Positions 25,110-37,290 of a stretch of 64,000 bases of DNA are shown here, in pieces. The first letter of the stretch is position 1. The number at the start of each line of letters is the position of its first letter. Location: the NCBI RefSeq assembly GCF_001194135.2, contig NC_068984.1, positions 70,999,650-71,063,649 of the forward strand, given 5' to 3'. The notes below the pieces were generated by a model that was not told the DNA's origin, did not search any database, and saw only the letters and a list, made by a program, of their open reading frames with translations. The DNA comes from Octopus bimaculoides. Lineage: Eukaryota. Both the position numbers and the translations under genes were made by a program.

Positions 25110-25411
25110 TTTCCTTTCATTTTTACTTTATTTCAGCTGCCTTAGTACCGGGTATCCTCCAGATGTCTAGTGTAGCAAGAGCACTTAATTTTGCTATGCA
25201 TGCTAAAATTATCACCACATTTATTCCATTTTAGATGAAAAGAGCGTTACGTAGTATATTGGTCGTAACCATCAAGGTTATCGTTTGTAGTTCACAAAGA
25301 TTGGAGTTACCAAGGAGTTTTTTAATATACTTCTCAGCTCTCTTCTTTATCATTCCCAACGCACCAATTACTACAGGTATTATCGTAGTACTAAGCTTCC
25401 ACATTTTTGTG

Positions 25412-25412
<1 letters not shown>
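25110..25412 (-). mobile_element. R4/Dong-like RLE LINE 3' end
   Basis: KMWKLSTTIIPVVIGALGMIKK...LQTITLMVTTNILRNALFI-stop is the typical C-terminus of R4-clade ORFs. A short 3' UTR runs into (GAA)n. Confidence 0.8.
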
Positions 25413-25466
<54 letters not shown>

Positions 25467-25619
25467 CCACATTTGATAGTTTCAGGCAAATTTCTATTAC
25501 ACCTTCTGCTACACCTCCCAGTTGCTGGGGGGGGGGGGCAACGTTGTTGACTCCTTGTTGTTGGAGTAGTGCAAACTTTTTCCAGAATTGTATTGCGTCA
25601 GTTTCTTTTGCTACGAGGT

Positions 25620-26090
25620 CTGTTTGCAATATCTTTTTGTATTATCTTTTATATTGTGTGTTGTGTGTATAATGTTCATCTGTTTTGAGTTGTGAGTTGT
25701 TTAGTTTTATTTTCAGTGTATATTTTTCTATTAGTTTCTTCATTTCGGTTTTGGGCACTTTGCCGTCTCTCAGGATATATCGCCGGACGTTTGCTAGAGT
25801 ATTTTACGTGATTTGTTTTTTCTTATATCACTATTTCTTCTTCTTCAAAGTTCATATGTGTCATTTATCATTCCTGCATGTTTCGGGTATAGTGTTGCAG
25901 TGTTGAATGCATATAATACTTCAATGTAGTCATCATCTGTCCACAATTCTCTTTCGGCTTTGTTTTTCATTTGGGCAGTGACATTTAGAGAGTGGTCTTT
26001 CTGTTCGGTGTTAACGTTTTGACAGAACACCGTCCCTGGACGTGACCTAATGCTTTTTTCGTATCGTGATCGCCTGGGACTCACAGATCG
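25620..26090 (-). mobile_element. R4/Dong-like LINE N-terminal region
   Basis: ORF 25845-26084 ERELWTDDDYIEVLYAF...TYEL, then LANVRRYILR in a shifted frame. Resembles the R.KWT.E...L..QRR.I N-terminal block of R4-clade ORFs. Confidence 0.5.
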
Positions 26091-26639
26091 AAATTAACCT
26101 CTATATATTTTCGTAGTATAATTGCCGAGTTCTTTTTTTTTTCTGAGTTTAAAATGGAACCTGTTGCACTGTTTATTTATTATTATTTCTCTTTTATATT
26201 GTTTAAACATTGTGCGTTCTATGTTGTCTTGGTCGTGTGTAAAATATTGTACATATACGTATGTGAAATGAATAAACATAAAGATTTATGCGTATATCTG
26301 TAGAAATGGGATGGATATATGACTGATACTTGAACTCCTTTTTTTAATAAGGGATCACATTTTCACGTGTTTAAATCATTGTCTAGGAATATTGCATCTC
26401 CACCTGTTGTTCACATTTTTACGCAAGTGTCTTGCTGTTACAACGCGCCTGGTAGCAACTATGTTTCATATATTAGTGAAATATTTCAGCGTCCTGGAAT
26501 GACATACATTAAAAGGCAATTTTCTTTCATTTGCTGCAGTGTCTGAAATCCTGTTTGACAATGTTCCCAGATTAACTCTTCCGCGCAAGGAGCTCACTAG
26601 TACACGTCTACTATGTTTTCTCTTATTGTTGTTGTTGTT

Positions 26640-27208
26640 ATTAATATTATTGCTTGAGAAAGCAGTGCATGTCATCAAAGTGAAACTGAGGTAAAATATA
26701 CGAAACCCAGTATACCCATCATGACTACTCGTCTGATAAGGGTATACCAGGCTCATGCATCACAACCATATGAAAACGACATGGTAATCTGATATCAACA
26801 TAAACAGCGCATGACCTTCAGGTGGAGCCTAGATAGAATTTTCTTCAGGCCGAGTAGCCCATCTCACTCTAAAGGTCCCTCAAGAAGGGCTGTTTAAGTA
26901 TGATGAATGAAACACCCATGATTCCAGAGGTGAATTATCCAAACCCAAATGATTCCTCTCACCACATTGCTATGATGCTCCCCCACTACTTCTGCTCGTG
27001 ACCAGAGATGCACATATCATCAGCCACCAAAAAACATGTTCAACTGGTTAAGGTCAAGCAAGTGACAAGCAAATCAGTGGTATTGAGCAGAATGTTTGCT
27101 GTAGCCCATTTTTTATACCAAGACAAAACATGTACATGATAAAACTCCCAATCAGTTAAGATAAGAAGCCACGTGAGCCAGTGTCTGGTACTGCATCAGA
27201 ACATCTAA
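26640..27208. mobile_element. About 570-bp non-coding interspersed repeat bounded by TTA/TTG microsatellites
   Basis: Sharp boundaries against (TTG/TTA) at about 26625 and (TAT)n at 27209; no ORF. Recalled as an abundant octopus repeat. Confidence 0.45.

Positions 27209-27297
<89 letters not shown>
27209..27297. repeat. (TAT)n-(TAG)n microsatellite
   Basis: Read directly from the sequence. Confidence 0.97.
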
Positions 27298-28464
27298 TCC
27301 AGTGTATATAAATCCCAATTCTGTCGTGTCTGTGAATATATTTTATTCCCTCTTAGCCAGGACTGGGCAGCCAGAAACAACATGATTTATTGTTTCTTGT
27401 CCACCTCCACATATTCTGCAGTTAGTTGCTGTATTTCTTTTTATTTCATGTTTTTAGTAATTTCTGGTGAGGAGGCTTTGGTCTTGTGCTGCAATTAAAA
27501 ATCCTTCACTCTCTGCTTTGAGTCCTGAATTTCTCAGCCATTGCTGAGATTTTGCTTTGTGTATGTCTTTTTGTTTAAGTCAATCCAGTATTTGCCATAA
27601 AGAGGCTTTTCTTGCCATTGTTTTATCATGATCCGTTGCTGTTGCAGTTTTAGTTTGGATTTCAGTTGTTTTACAGCTTTTGTTGTTTCTTCTTTATCTT
27701 CATACTTGCTAGGTACTATGACTACTTTTTTGTATTTGTCAGCTTCCTTAAAAACTGAAGACAATTTTTTGTTTTGTTCTTGTTTTGTGGCTATTTGTAT
27801 TTGTTTTCCTTGCATGTGATGTAGCTATTTATGTGGTCTTACGGTGGTTATTTTGTAATAGTTTTTCTAGCTGTATAATGCCTCTACCATCTTCCATACG
27901 TTGTATATATAACATTTCTACGTCAGATTTTGGGTCGTACATCCTAAATTCTGTCATTATTTTTCTTGTTTTCCTGTCTATTTTGATTAGTTCATTTAGA
28001 GTTCAGTTAAGAATATTGTAGCTGTAACTTATAACTAGGACGGCTAGATTGTTTATACCTATTATCTTGTTTTTCGCATTGAGCTGTTTTCAGTATCACT
28101 CTAACCCGTCTATTGCATTCTTTTCTCATCTTGTCTTTCATTTGTGTGTAATACAGTTCATTGATTCCTAAGTATTTGCATGTCTGGCCTTGGTAAACTT
28201 CTCTTATTTCATTTGCTTTTATCTAGTTTTCCTCTCTTCAAGGTTGCTTTGGCATACCTTTCTATGCCAAATCTCATGCTTATTTTTTGGCAATTCTATG
28301 TACTCTCTGTAGTAATGTTTCCAGCTGATTATCATTTGCAGCATATAGTTTTAGATCATCCATATATAAGATGTGGCTCATTGTTTTGTTGTAACAAATG
28401 TATCCACACCTGGTTCCATTTAGCTGGTCAGATAAATGTGTCAGCGCCAAGCAGAAAAGCGGTG
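27298..28464 (-). mobile_element. R4/Dong-like LINE, RT domain to CCHC finger (decayed, 5'-truncated)
   Basis: PPLFCLALTHLS...SHILYMDDLKLYA (RT active site); QWQEKPLYGKY; WLRNSGLKAESEGFLIAAQDQSLLTRNY; CRICGGGQETINHVVSGCPVLA (CCHC); HRHDRIG. Confidence 0.9.
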
Positions 28465-28627
28465 GCTGACTGTTTTTGCCTAGATTATCCATATACAAGA
28501 GGTAATTGATTTTTTGCCTAGATCAACCATATATAAGAGGTGGCTGATTGTTTTGCCTAGATAATCCATATATAAGAGGTAACTGATTGTTCTCCCCAGA
28601 TCATCCATATATAAGAGGTGGCTGATT
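28465..28627 (-). repeat. Four tandem ~39-bp copies of the YMDD-coding segment
   Basis: Units at 28465-28503, 28504-28541, 28542-28580 and 28581-28619. Each contains AGAT(C/T/A)A(T/A)CCATATA(T/C)AAGAGGT, matching the RT active-site sequence at about 28353-28380. Confidence 0.88.
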
Positions 28628-28654
28628 ATTATCATTATTATTATTCTTTATTTT

Positions 28655-29365
28655 ACTTCTCAGAAGGTTCAGTCTTGTTTGTTCTGTTTCATTCTAAGAG
28701 CAGATAGCAGCCTACCGTCAGAGGTCTCACGGGGTCTCTTTCTACACATTATAAGCTTTGATAATTGGTTGTTATTTATCGTAGGAGACAGTCAACATCC
28801 AAGTACCAATCCCAAAATCCTAGCTGTCTCCAACAGAGAAGCTTTTTGGGCTTGCTCTGCTCTCATGTCAATTCCGATTTCTTTGCAATATTTCTCGAAC
28901 TTGGTTGCTAGTGCTCCGAGTCCCCTACAACTACTGGAATCACAAACACTTTCCTCATGCTCCACATTTTTACAATTTCGTCTTTTAGTAGTCTGTACTT
29001 CCCAATCTTTTCTAGTTCTTTGTCACTTATGCGCGCATTTTCAGGTATTGCAATATCTATATTCTTGGTTTCCTTTTTTTACTTCATCTACCAGAACAAT
29101 ATCTTGTCTCCTAGCCTCATGGTAGTGACTAATGGTAGTCACTTTGGATTGTAAAATCCCACAGTATCTTATGCTCCTAGTTCTTGGTACTATTTCTGGT
29201 TCATGTCCGCACCATTTCCGTGCTCTGTCTAAGCTGTACTGTTCACATAGCCTCCAGTGGATGAAGTTACGTTATCGTGTCGCCTTTTGTAGTGCTTTTG
29301 GGCCAGCTTGCTACACTCACAATATGTGGGATTGTTTTGTTTTGCCAGCTTGCTACACTCAGTCA
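28655..29365 (-). mobile_element. Second R4-like LINE subfamily, 3' end with RLE domain
   Basis: ECSKLAQKHYKRRHDNV, ILWDFTIQ, RRQDIVLVD...NIDIAIP (PD..D-type RLE), KMWSMRKVFVIPVVVG.LGALATKFEKY...QKASLLETARIL. The 3' UTR ends in TAA repeats. Confidence 0.85.
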
Positions 29366-29884
29366 CAATATATCATCATCATCATCATCATCGTCGTCGT
29401 CGTCGTCGTTGTCGTCATCATCATCACCCTGTTTTAAATATTTTTAAGTGAGACTTCTTTTGCATCATCATTTGCACTTCCGTGTTCGTGAGGGTTGTAG
29501 CATTAAGGTTTAGAAATATATTTCTGTGTTTGTCCACTACATCTGTCTTATTTCTTAAAGTGTTTGGTTCATGGTTTCAGCTGTTATTTCAGTGTTGGTT
29601 CTGTAGTGCAATGCACGTGCAATGTGTGCTGTATAAAGTTACTGGGTGCTCATTATTTAGAGTAGTTATGCGGTTTGTGTTAATGTATTCTGTGGTTATT
29701 TTGTGGGGTATCTTGTTGGTGGAAGATAGTGTCTGGGCTGTTGTACTGCATTGAACATCTTTTCCTTAGGATAACGACAGTGGACTGCAGAACAATTCTT
29801 TTGAATTATGTTACATTGCAAGACTACGGTAGGTTTTATGCTATTGTGGAGAATTTTATTTTTCTACCTAGTATATTATTATTA

Positions 29885-30100
29885 TTAGTCTCAACTTTTG
29901 GCACAAGGCCAACAATTTCAGGGGAGGGGTAATTCTATCACATCGACTCCAGTGTCCAACTGGTAGTTATTTCATCGACTCTTGAAAGGATGAAAGGCAA
30001 AGTTGACCTTGGCGGAATTTGAACTTAGAACTTAAAGATGGATGAAATGCTGCCAATCATTTTGCCGGGAGTGTTAATGATTCTGCCAATTCACTGCCTA
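29885..30100 (-). mobile_element. SINE family C
   Basis: Reverse-complement homologue of 8724-8927 (GAAAGGATGAAAGGCAAAGTTGACCTTGGCGGAATTTGAACTTAGAAC). Confidence 0.8.
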
Positions 30101-30756
30101 ATATTTTAACTCAAATTATTACTGACAACTCTTTTTACTTTAATAACTCCTCTTTCATCCAGAATATTTTAATTCGAAGATGTTTGTATTTTTCACAGAT
30201 TTTCCTCTTCCTATCGCACTCTAACTTGGCCACAAGAGATTAAAATGTCGATGAGGCATTGATTATGATATCCGAATAGATATTTTGATTTCTCTGTAAA
30301 TTTTGATAGTTTGGTGTATCCCCGAAGATAGTGGCCATGTTGGTATTAAGTAACATGTCTGGTACACATTTACATTGCTTGTTGTCTGCTTTTTATAGTA
30401 AAATGTCGGTGTATTGCTAAATATGCATAGCTGCTAAATTGATCCTGTCTGTGAATATACTTTAACTAAGCAAGGACTGGACAGCTTGAGATGAGATTGT
30501 AAACTGTCACCTTTTACCGACTGCATCGTCTGCATCGTCTGCATCGTCTGCATTTAATGATAACGTTTTCTATTACTATTTAATCGTTTGTAACTCATTG
30601 TTTGCGCCTGGACATTGGTCTTGTTCAGTTAAAATCACACCATTTATTAATATATTTGAGTAGTCTTATTTATATTGCATAATTTCATTGCACTACTAAA
30701 TGTAGCTTTTTATGCAGTATCTAGTTTTCGTCATGTTCTGATGATTATGATCAGCA

Positions 30757-30788
<32 letters not shown>

Positions 30789-32354
30789 ATCATCATCATC
30801 ATCACCATCATCAAGGCAGAGGAGGTCCAGAATCAATAGAATACTGAAATAAAGATCTTGTAGTTCTTTAATCTTTTATTATTTTCTGAGTTCAAATCAG
30901 ATATGTTTAATTTTTAATTTGATTTCATGCACCTAAAACCAGTATACACTACTAGTATGCCGAGGAAAAGTTTATAAAATTACTCTTCATATCAAATGCC
31001 TTGCTTTAAATTGTTTCATAGAAATTAAATGCTGGCCAGAAAGCTAAAAGCGGTGCCAGTTTGTTTTACAGTATTTAGATTTATTAGTCTAGATCTCCGA
31101 TCTGGTTTTTACGGCTCCGATGTGTTTTTTATGCAAATAAAAAAAGTATAAATAACACACCTAACTGACAAACATTATCGTTATATATATATGAAACAAA
31201 CCAGTATTAATTTATCCTTTAGTGCGACATGTTGACATGAATGATTGGATGTAAGATCAGAAGCGAAATGTAACATGATTTAAGTACAGCTCTGATCACA
31301 GAGTAAGAAGAAAACGGCATTTAACACAATAGATTAGGATACATTTCTATATGGGAATGGATCTGGGGGATGACATAAATATAGATTAGAGTAACAAATC
31401 AACCGACCTGCAGTATAACGATTTAAAAATTCAGATATATCTAAGTTTTACGTTTGAGATTTTAGCAATCATAGAATTTAAATTGGAAGCAAAATAGTTT
31501 CATTATACGAATCAACCTTAAAAACAAGAAGAGAAAAGTTACTGCTACTTACTTTATCAGCCTTGTATAAAGTTTAAGCAGAAGTAACTGAAGCAAGATT
31601 ACTACCTAAAAATTCAGCTGGATGAAACTAAATACGGCACCACTCCTAGATTGGTACTTTTCTACCATTTCTTCTTATTGGAAACCCTTAGTTTCTTAGT
31701 TTCTTAGTTTCTTTGAATGCATACATACATACGTATGTATGTATGTATGTATGTTTGTTTATGTAAGTATGTATGTATGTATGTATGCATGACTAGTAAT
31801 ATTTAGTTATGTGCATGTTGTTCTACTTTTCAAGCAATACTATTCTAACTGTATACCTATAGCCATACTCGAGTGTATATTAATAACTAACTTTAGCACA
31901 TGGCGACATAATTTGCCTAAAATATAAAGAGTGATTACTAAATTCCTCAAAGTATTTTATTTGGTGCTATCATCGATCACCCATCTTTAAATACATATTG
32001 ACAGGTGTACACTTGCTGTTATCATACTTGTATTAAAACTTACTAAAGCATTGTTTTGCACATGGTGTCTTGTCTTGAGAATTGATTGGTAATGGTATTG
32101 GTGCTTGTGGTTTGGATAGTGAAGTTTATATATTTATGCTCTCCCTATTGCATTGCTAAAATTAGTTAAACCTGAATGTGGCGGGTGTTAACAGAAAAGA
32201 AGGTCTCTAACACATTTCATTTAGCAATTACTGTAATTTTGAAGTTTCCATATTTTCAGAATATAGAGTGGTTCTTTGTAAATAATTTCTTATTTCTCAG
32301 AGTAGAATTTAGATAAAGACAAATTGCTCTGTCATGCAACCAATGTTCTTCACG

Positions 32355-32390
<36 letters not shown>

Positions 32391-33544
32391 GCTGACTACA
32401 ACTTGCACTAAATTAATCAAGAGCAATAGGAAAGTGAAATTCCCATGACATTTTAGTGACATCTGTATTATATAACTTATACATATGTGCCGGTACCTTG
32501 AGAGCTAGCAATGTAAGTAAAGTTCTTAGCTAAGTTTATGATAAATTGGTTGTGTTGTTTAGATGAAAAGCTACTGAAGCATATGATGTTGCAGTTGTTA
32601 TAGTTACCACGATGATAAGTTTTCCAGCGTTGGCCGTTCATCCTTTTCTAACATAGTGTATCAAGGACTACATCATCAAACGGTATACAGATTTTTGTTT
32701 CTTTTAAAGTAGTAAACTGTGATTTGAAATCGCTGGTTGAGATTTTACTTAGAGGCGCCCTCTTCTTGATTAGTATTTTAGGTAACAATAAACATGGAGA
32801 TGCATAGAAGTCATTTTCACCAGTAGTCTGTTGAAAACTAAGCATGTTACACAGGCTAAACGGAAATTCGTCCTTGGATTCAAGAGAAAAATTTGATGTA
32901 GTTTCTGTTGTGTCTGTATAACTTATAGAAACATTTGAATAAAATAATTCAAGAAAACAAAATACTCTCATTGTTTCATGTTCCTGCTGTTTACTTCAGG
33001 GAGCTTTAAATATCTTGAGAAAAAAACTATATTCAATTATATGGAGTTTGGCATTGAAAATATAAGTGCCTGGACCATACATTTTACACAGTATTAGAGG
33101 TTGAGGTATAAACCATTAACATCTTGTTCGTCTTGTGCCTTTCAATATTAGAAGATTTCTGAATCCCCCTGGAAAACAGCTGAATATTTATATGTAATTT
33201 TGTGGGAAGCAAGGACTCGTTTATTGGACATTATAAATTTCGAAATTAAAAATCTAAATATATTTTTGTATGGGCAATTTTATGGACAGACAAACATGCA
33301 TATTCGCTTTCTGAACGTTGTTCATTATCGTGAGATGTTGCCTTCATATGACAATGTCTTTGGTAGATGTCTTTCCTGATTTGTTGCCATTCGTGATTTT
33401 GAGAAAATAACAAAAAAATCTACTAATAAGTGATCTTTCGCTTCTTTAAAAGATTCGCTTCAATAATGTTTGTTAATGTATGTATATATGTATACACGCA
33501 CAAACACGCGCGCGCACACAGACAGATGGAAATTGAATTAAGTC

Positions 33545-33775
33545 CGTCGAATATGTGTATGTGTCTTTGTATATGTTTGTCTCATATCACCGATTAAAAA
33601 TCGGTGTCGGTATGTTTGCGTCTCCGTTGCGTAGCGGCTCTACAGAAGACACTGATAAAATGAGAACGAGGCGTAAACAAATTAATACTAGGATTGATTC
33701 ATTCGACTAACAATTCTTGTATCTAGTGTCCCAGTATGGTCTCAGTTGAATGACTGAAACAAAATAAAGATAAGA
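33545..33775 (+). mobile_element. Degraded SINE family A, 3' half
   Basis: GTGTCCCAGTATGGTCTCAGTTGAATGACTGAAACAAAATAAAGA tail with preceding body similarity. Confidence 0.6.
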
Positions 33776-33999
33776 GCGATGTTTTCTGCCATTGTGCTTT
33801 AAGGAATATTTTCATATAATTAATAATTCTTAAATTAAGAAAATCTTTCTTCAAATATTGTGACTATACCTAAACTACAGACACACGCATATATATATAT
33901 ATATATGTATATGTGTGTGTGTTTGCGTAATATGTATATAAGTATAAATATTTACATACATGTACATACGTATACAAATGTATATAAATACACACGCAC

Positions 34000-34044
<45 letters not shown>

Positions 34045-34639
34045 TACACGCATGCATTAAGAATTTTATATTAATAATGTGCACGTATATATGTAGTACT
34101 TCCTCCACGATAGACCCTCTTTAAGACCTATTGCATTTAGAAACACAGCATCATTCAAATTTTAGCGAAATGAAATCGCCTCGAACATGAAAGTGACAGA
34201 TATATGTGTTTCACTCCCGGATGATTTTGTCCTGCCTAGTTTTGATGTATATAGTGTGTTTGAACAAAATACGTCTTAAAAGGAATCTGTCTAATACGAA
34301 GTACAACATCAGAGCGCTTAGCTACGCCCAACACGTACACGCACACGCACACGCGCGCGCGCGCAAAGTGGATCTGAATCCTGAACCATGTGGTTGGGAA
34401 TCAAGCTTCCTATCTCACAGCCACGACTGCACCTGTTTAAATGTGAAATGTAAAATATTTCGACTTTGCATCGGCCTTCGACTAAAGTGTTCATGGGATG
34501 AGACGTCACATCTGCGAGAACTTAATAATATTTGTAAACTACAGAAATGGATACATGACTTTTAATAGATAAGAGTGAAGAAGTCCTATCCCTTGGGGTT
34601 ATCTCCGAGAAAATATTAATATTAAGTGGAATTCCTCAG

Positions 34640-35470
34640 GGAACTAACAGCTACTGTTCGTAGTGGCTCCCTCGGTCACACCTTCAGTCATACAGCCTGC
34701 TACTCTTATCAGATATGTTTTTAATACGTATGTATCTCAAGGCAATCAAGAACAATGAATAAACCTCAGACCTACAGAAGGATTTGAATACATTATACTA
34801 GAGGGCTAAAGTAAACAATATACAGTTCAATGTCGACAAGTTTCAATCACTTCGATATCGACCCCAATCAACTAACAATCAGAATATCCAGGGTTATTGC
34901 AATTCCAGAGTTGCAAGTTAGCGAGTAAACTCGGAAGTCACGTAAGTCACGATGCATCGTTCCATGTGCATTTTACTAAGATGGCAACAATGTGCAAGCG
35001 ACTGATTGGTCGGATTCTGAGAAAGTTTCAAAGAAGAGAAAAGGAAACCATGATCCTCCTGTGGAGAATGTTTGTGCTTGGTTGCCTGGATCACTGCATG
35101 GTATCAAAATCCCGGCATCTCCGCCCAGAGTAAGAACCCAGCACTATAACAGCACAGAGTTCACAGAGTTGCAAATTTTTAATAACTTATTAAGAGGCTT
35201 TAGTGATCTACAGGGTGTAAATGTGGATACATTCAATGAGCAATTAGACACGTTCTTTTTTTTTTTTATCTAATATACTAGCTGAACCCACATAACGGCA
35301 AGAAACGCAAAAAAGAAAGGGAAGTTTGTCCAACTCACCACGTCACTAGGACTGATTCTGAATACATAAATAGGAAAAGAATCTAAAACAAATAGGCATC
35401 CGTGCTAGTGGTGGTGCACCAGCATGGACACAGCCTATGGCTGAAACTGATAATAGGATAACAGAATAGA
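34640..35470 (+). mobile_element. CR1-like LINE 3' end (decayed ORF2 and 3' UTR)
   Basis: HFTKMATMCKRLIGRILRKFQRREKETMILLWRMFVLGCLDHC, then QLDTFF..LAEPT..ETQ.R...SNS. The 3' UTR contains GGTGCACCAGCATGG...CTGAAAC. Confidence 0.78.
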
Positions 35471-35529
35471 TTATAAACACAAACACGTAAGTCGAGAGAT
35501 ATTATGGACATAAATACGCATACATAAGT

Positions 35530-35563
<34 letters not shown>

Positions 35564-35655
35564 NNNNNNNNNNNNNNNNNNNNNNNNNNNNNNNNNNNNN
35601 NNNNNNNNNNNNNNNNNNNNNNNNNNNNNNNNNNNNNNNNNNNNNNNNNNNNNNN

Positions 35656-35665
35656 CTTCCGATCT
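35656..35665 (+). other. Probable Illumina adapter remnant (assembly artefact)
   Basis: CTTCCGATCT is the first sequence after an N-gap and equals the 3' end of the TruSeq adapter/primer ...GCTCTTCCGATCT. Confidence 0.8.
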
Positions 35666-36149
35666 TATATATATATAAATATATACATCTGTAAATTTAT
35701 GTATGCATACATACTTACACACGCCAGACGCATATACACACATACAATTTTACACTCATATAATCATATATATTTGGGATACTTCATCCGCTTGTATTTG
35801 CACGCGTGTATAAATGCTTATACAGCTATATGTATATATACATATGTATATGTATAAATATGCATATATGTGTATGTGAGTATAATCTCTCTGTCTCTGT
35901 CTCTCTATGTGTGTGTGTAAATATATAAGTATAAAAATAAGTACATAACAGATGATCTGTTGCAGAGATTGAAATTATACACACCAGTGCATCCTTGGAT
36001 GCTAATATAATTGCACTGTAATATTGATTGATATGTTACATATGTATAGGAGATTATTATAAATTAATAACATGTGACTATTCTCTGTAGTACAAGTTTT
36101 GTACTTGATACAATATCAATGAAGCATATGATGCATTATAAAATTGAAT

Positions 36150-36555
36150 GTGGATTTGGATGGGCAGCTTTTTGTTTATGTCTGTGACTGTATATTAATG
36201 TATGTGAGCATGTAAGTGGTTATGTCATTTCAGTGTGTGGATATGCTGCACTGTGCGTGAGTACATGGTCGTATGCGGATGTATTTGCTTATTTATGCGT
36301 GTGTTCTTCTGGTGTGGGTATGTTGCCTGTAGTATTTGAAGCTGTTGTGTGTGGTCTTGGATGGGCAGCTTTTTGTTTATATCTGTGACTGTATATGAAT
36401 GTATGTGTGCCTGTAAGTGGTTTTGTCATTTCAGTATGCGGATATGCAGCACTGTGCCTGAGTATATGGTCATATGTGGGTGTATTTGCTTATTTATGCG
36501 TGTATTCTGGTGTGGGAATGGTGCCTGTATTATGTGAGGCTGTTGTGTGTGGTTT
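36150..36555 (+). repeat. Diverged tandem duplication, ~201-bp period, two copies
   Basis: TTGGATGGGCAGCTTTTTGTTTAT starts at 36156 and 36357. The copies are colinear through GCTGTTGTGTGTGGT. Confidence 0.9.
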
Positions 36556-36566
36556 TATGTGTGTGT

Positions 36567-36614
<48 letters not shown>

Positions 36615-36879
36615 CTATGTGTAAATATGTATGTCGATGGCTGTTGTTACGTGATAGCGTGTTAACTGCAATGCCATAGGTATTAGGACTATTCTGTACG
36701 TGTTTCTAAATAATATAATTAATACGATGTATTCCTGAGAAGCTAGGGGTGGTGGTTAGAAATCAGCTTGCTACCTTCTGTTCGTTTTTCGTGCCTCTCT
36801 ATAGCTAGGTCATGAATGTTGGATAATGAGCGAAAAAGTACCATCAAAAATAGATGTTGCCTAAATGGGTTCATCCGAG

Positions 36880-37290
36880 GAATGTCAAGATTAACTTTTT
36901 TTCAACAGAGCGCGCAAAAAAGGGAGATCTCGTGGTCTCTGCAGGTCGAAGCGTGACTTTCCCGCAAGGAGAGATCATGGTTCCAATACTTTGAACACGT
37001 GGAAAAATAACAAAACGGATTTTTTAAATGAACTCAAAATGTAGAAGCAGACCAAGAGCATGATTTGTGGATAACTTACATAGTTTCAGTTGGTCGCTCT
37101 TGTGAATCCAGTACAAAAGTGTAATGATGGTTACTTCTGATAGTTCTCTGTAGAGGATGTGCGTGGGGATTATATCGTCATGAACCACTCAGAAATAGTA
37201 TGTAGCGAAAATAAGCAAATGGGCACTCCTCAGCGGAAAACAATTGGTTGACGGATGATAATGCCTTGTTATGTGTAGATTGCTGCTTTT
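36880..37290 (-). mobile_element. RTE-like LINE C-terminal remnant
   Basis: HDDIIPTHILYRELSE (37135-37182, minus) resembles the RTE M.D.RIPK.LLYGEL..G motif; the rest is heavily decayed. Confidence 0.4.
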
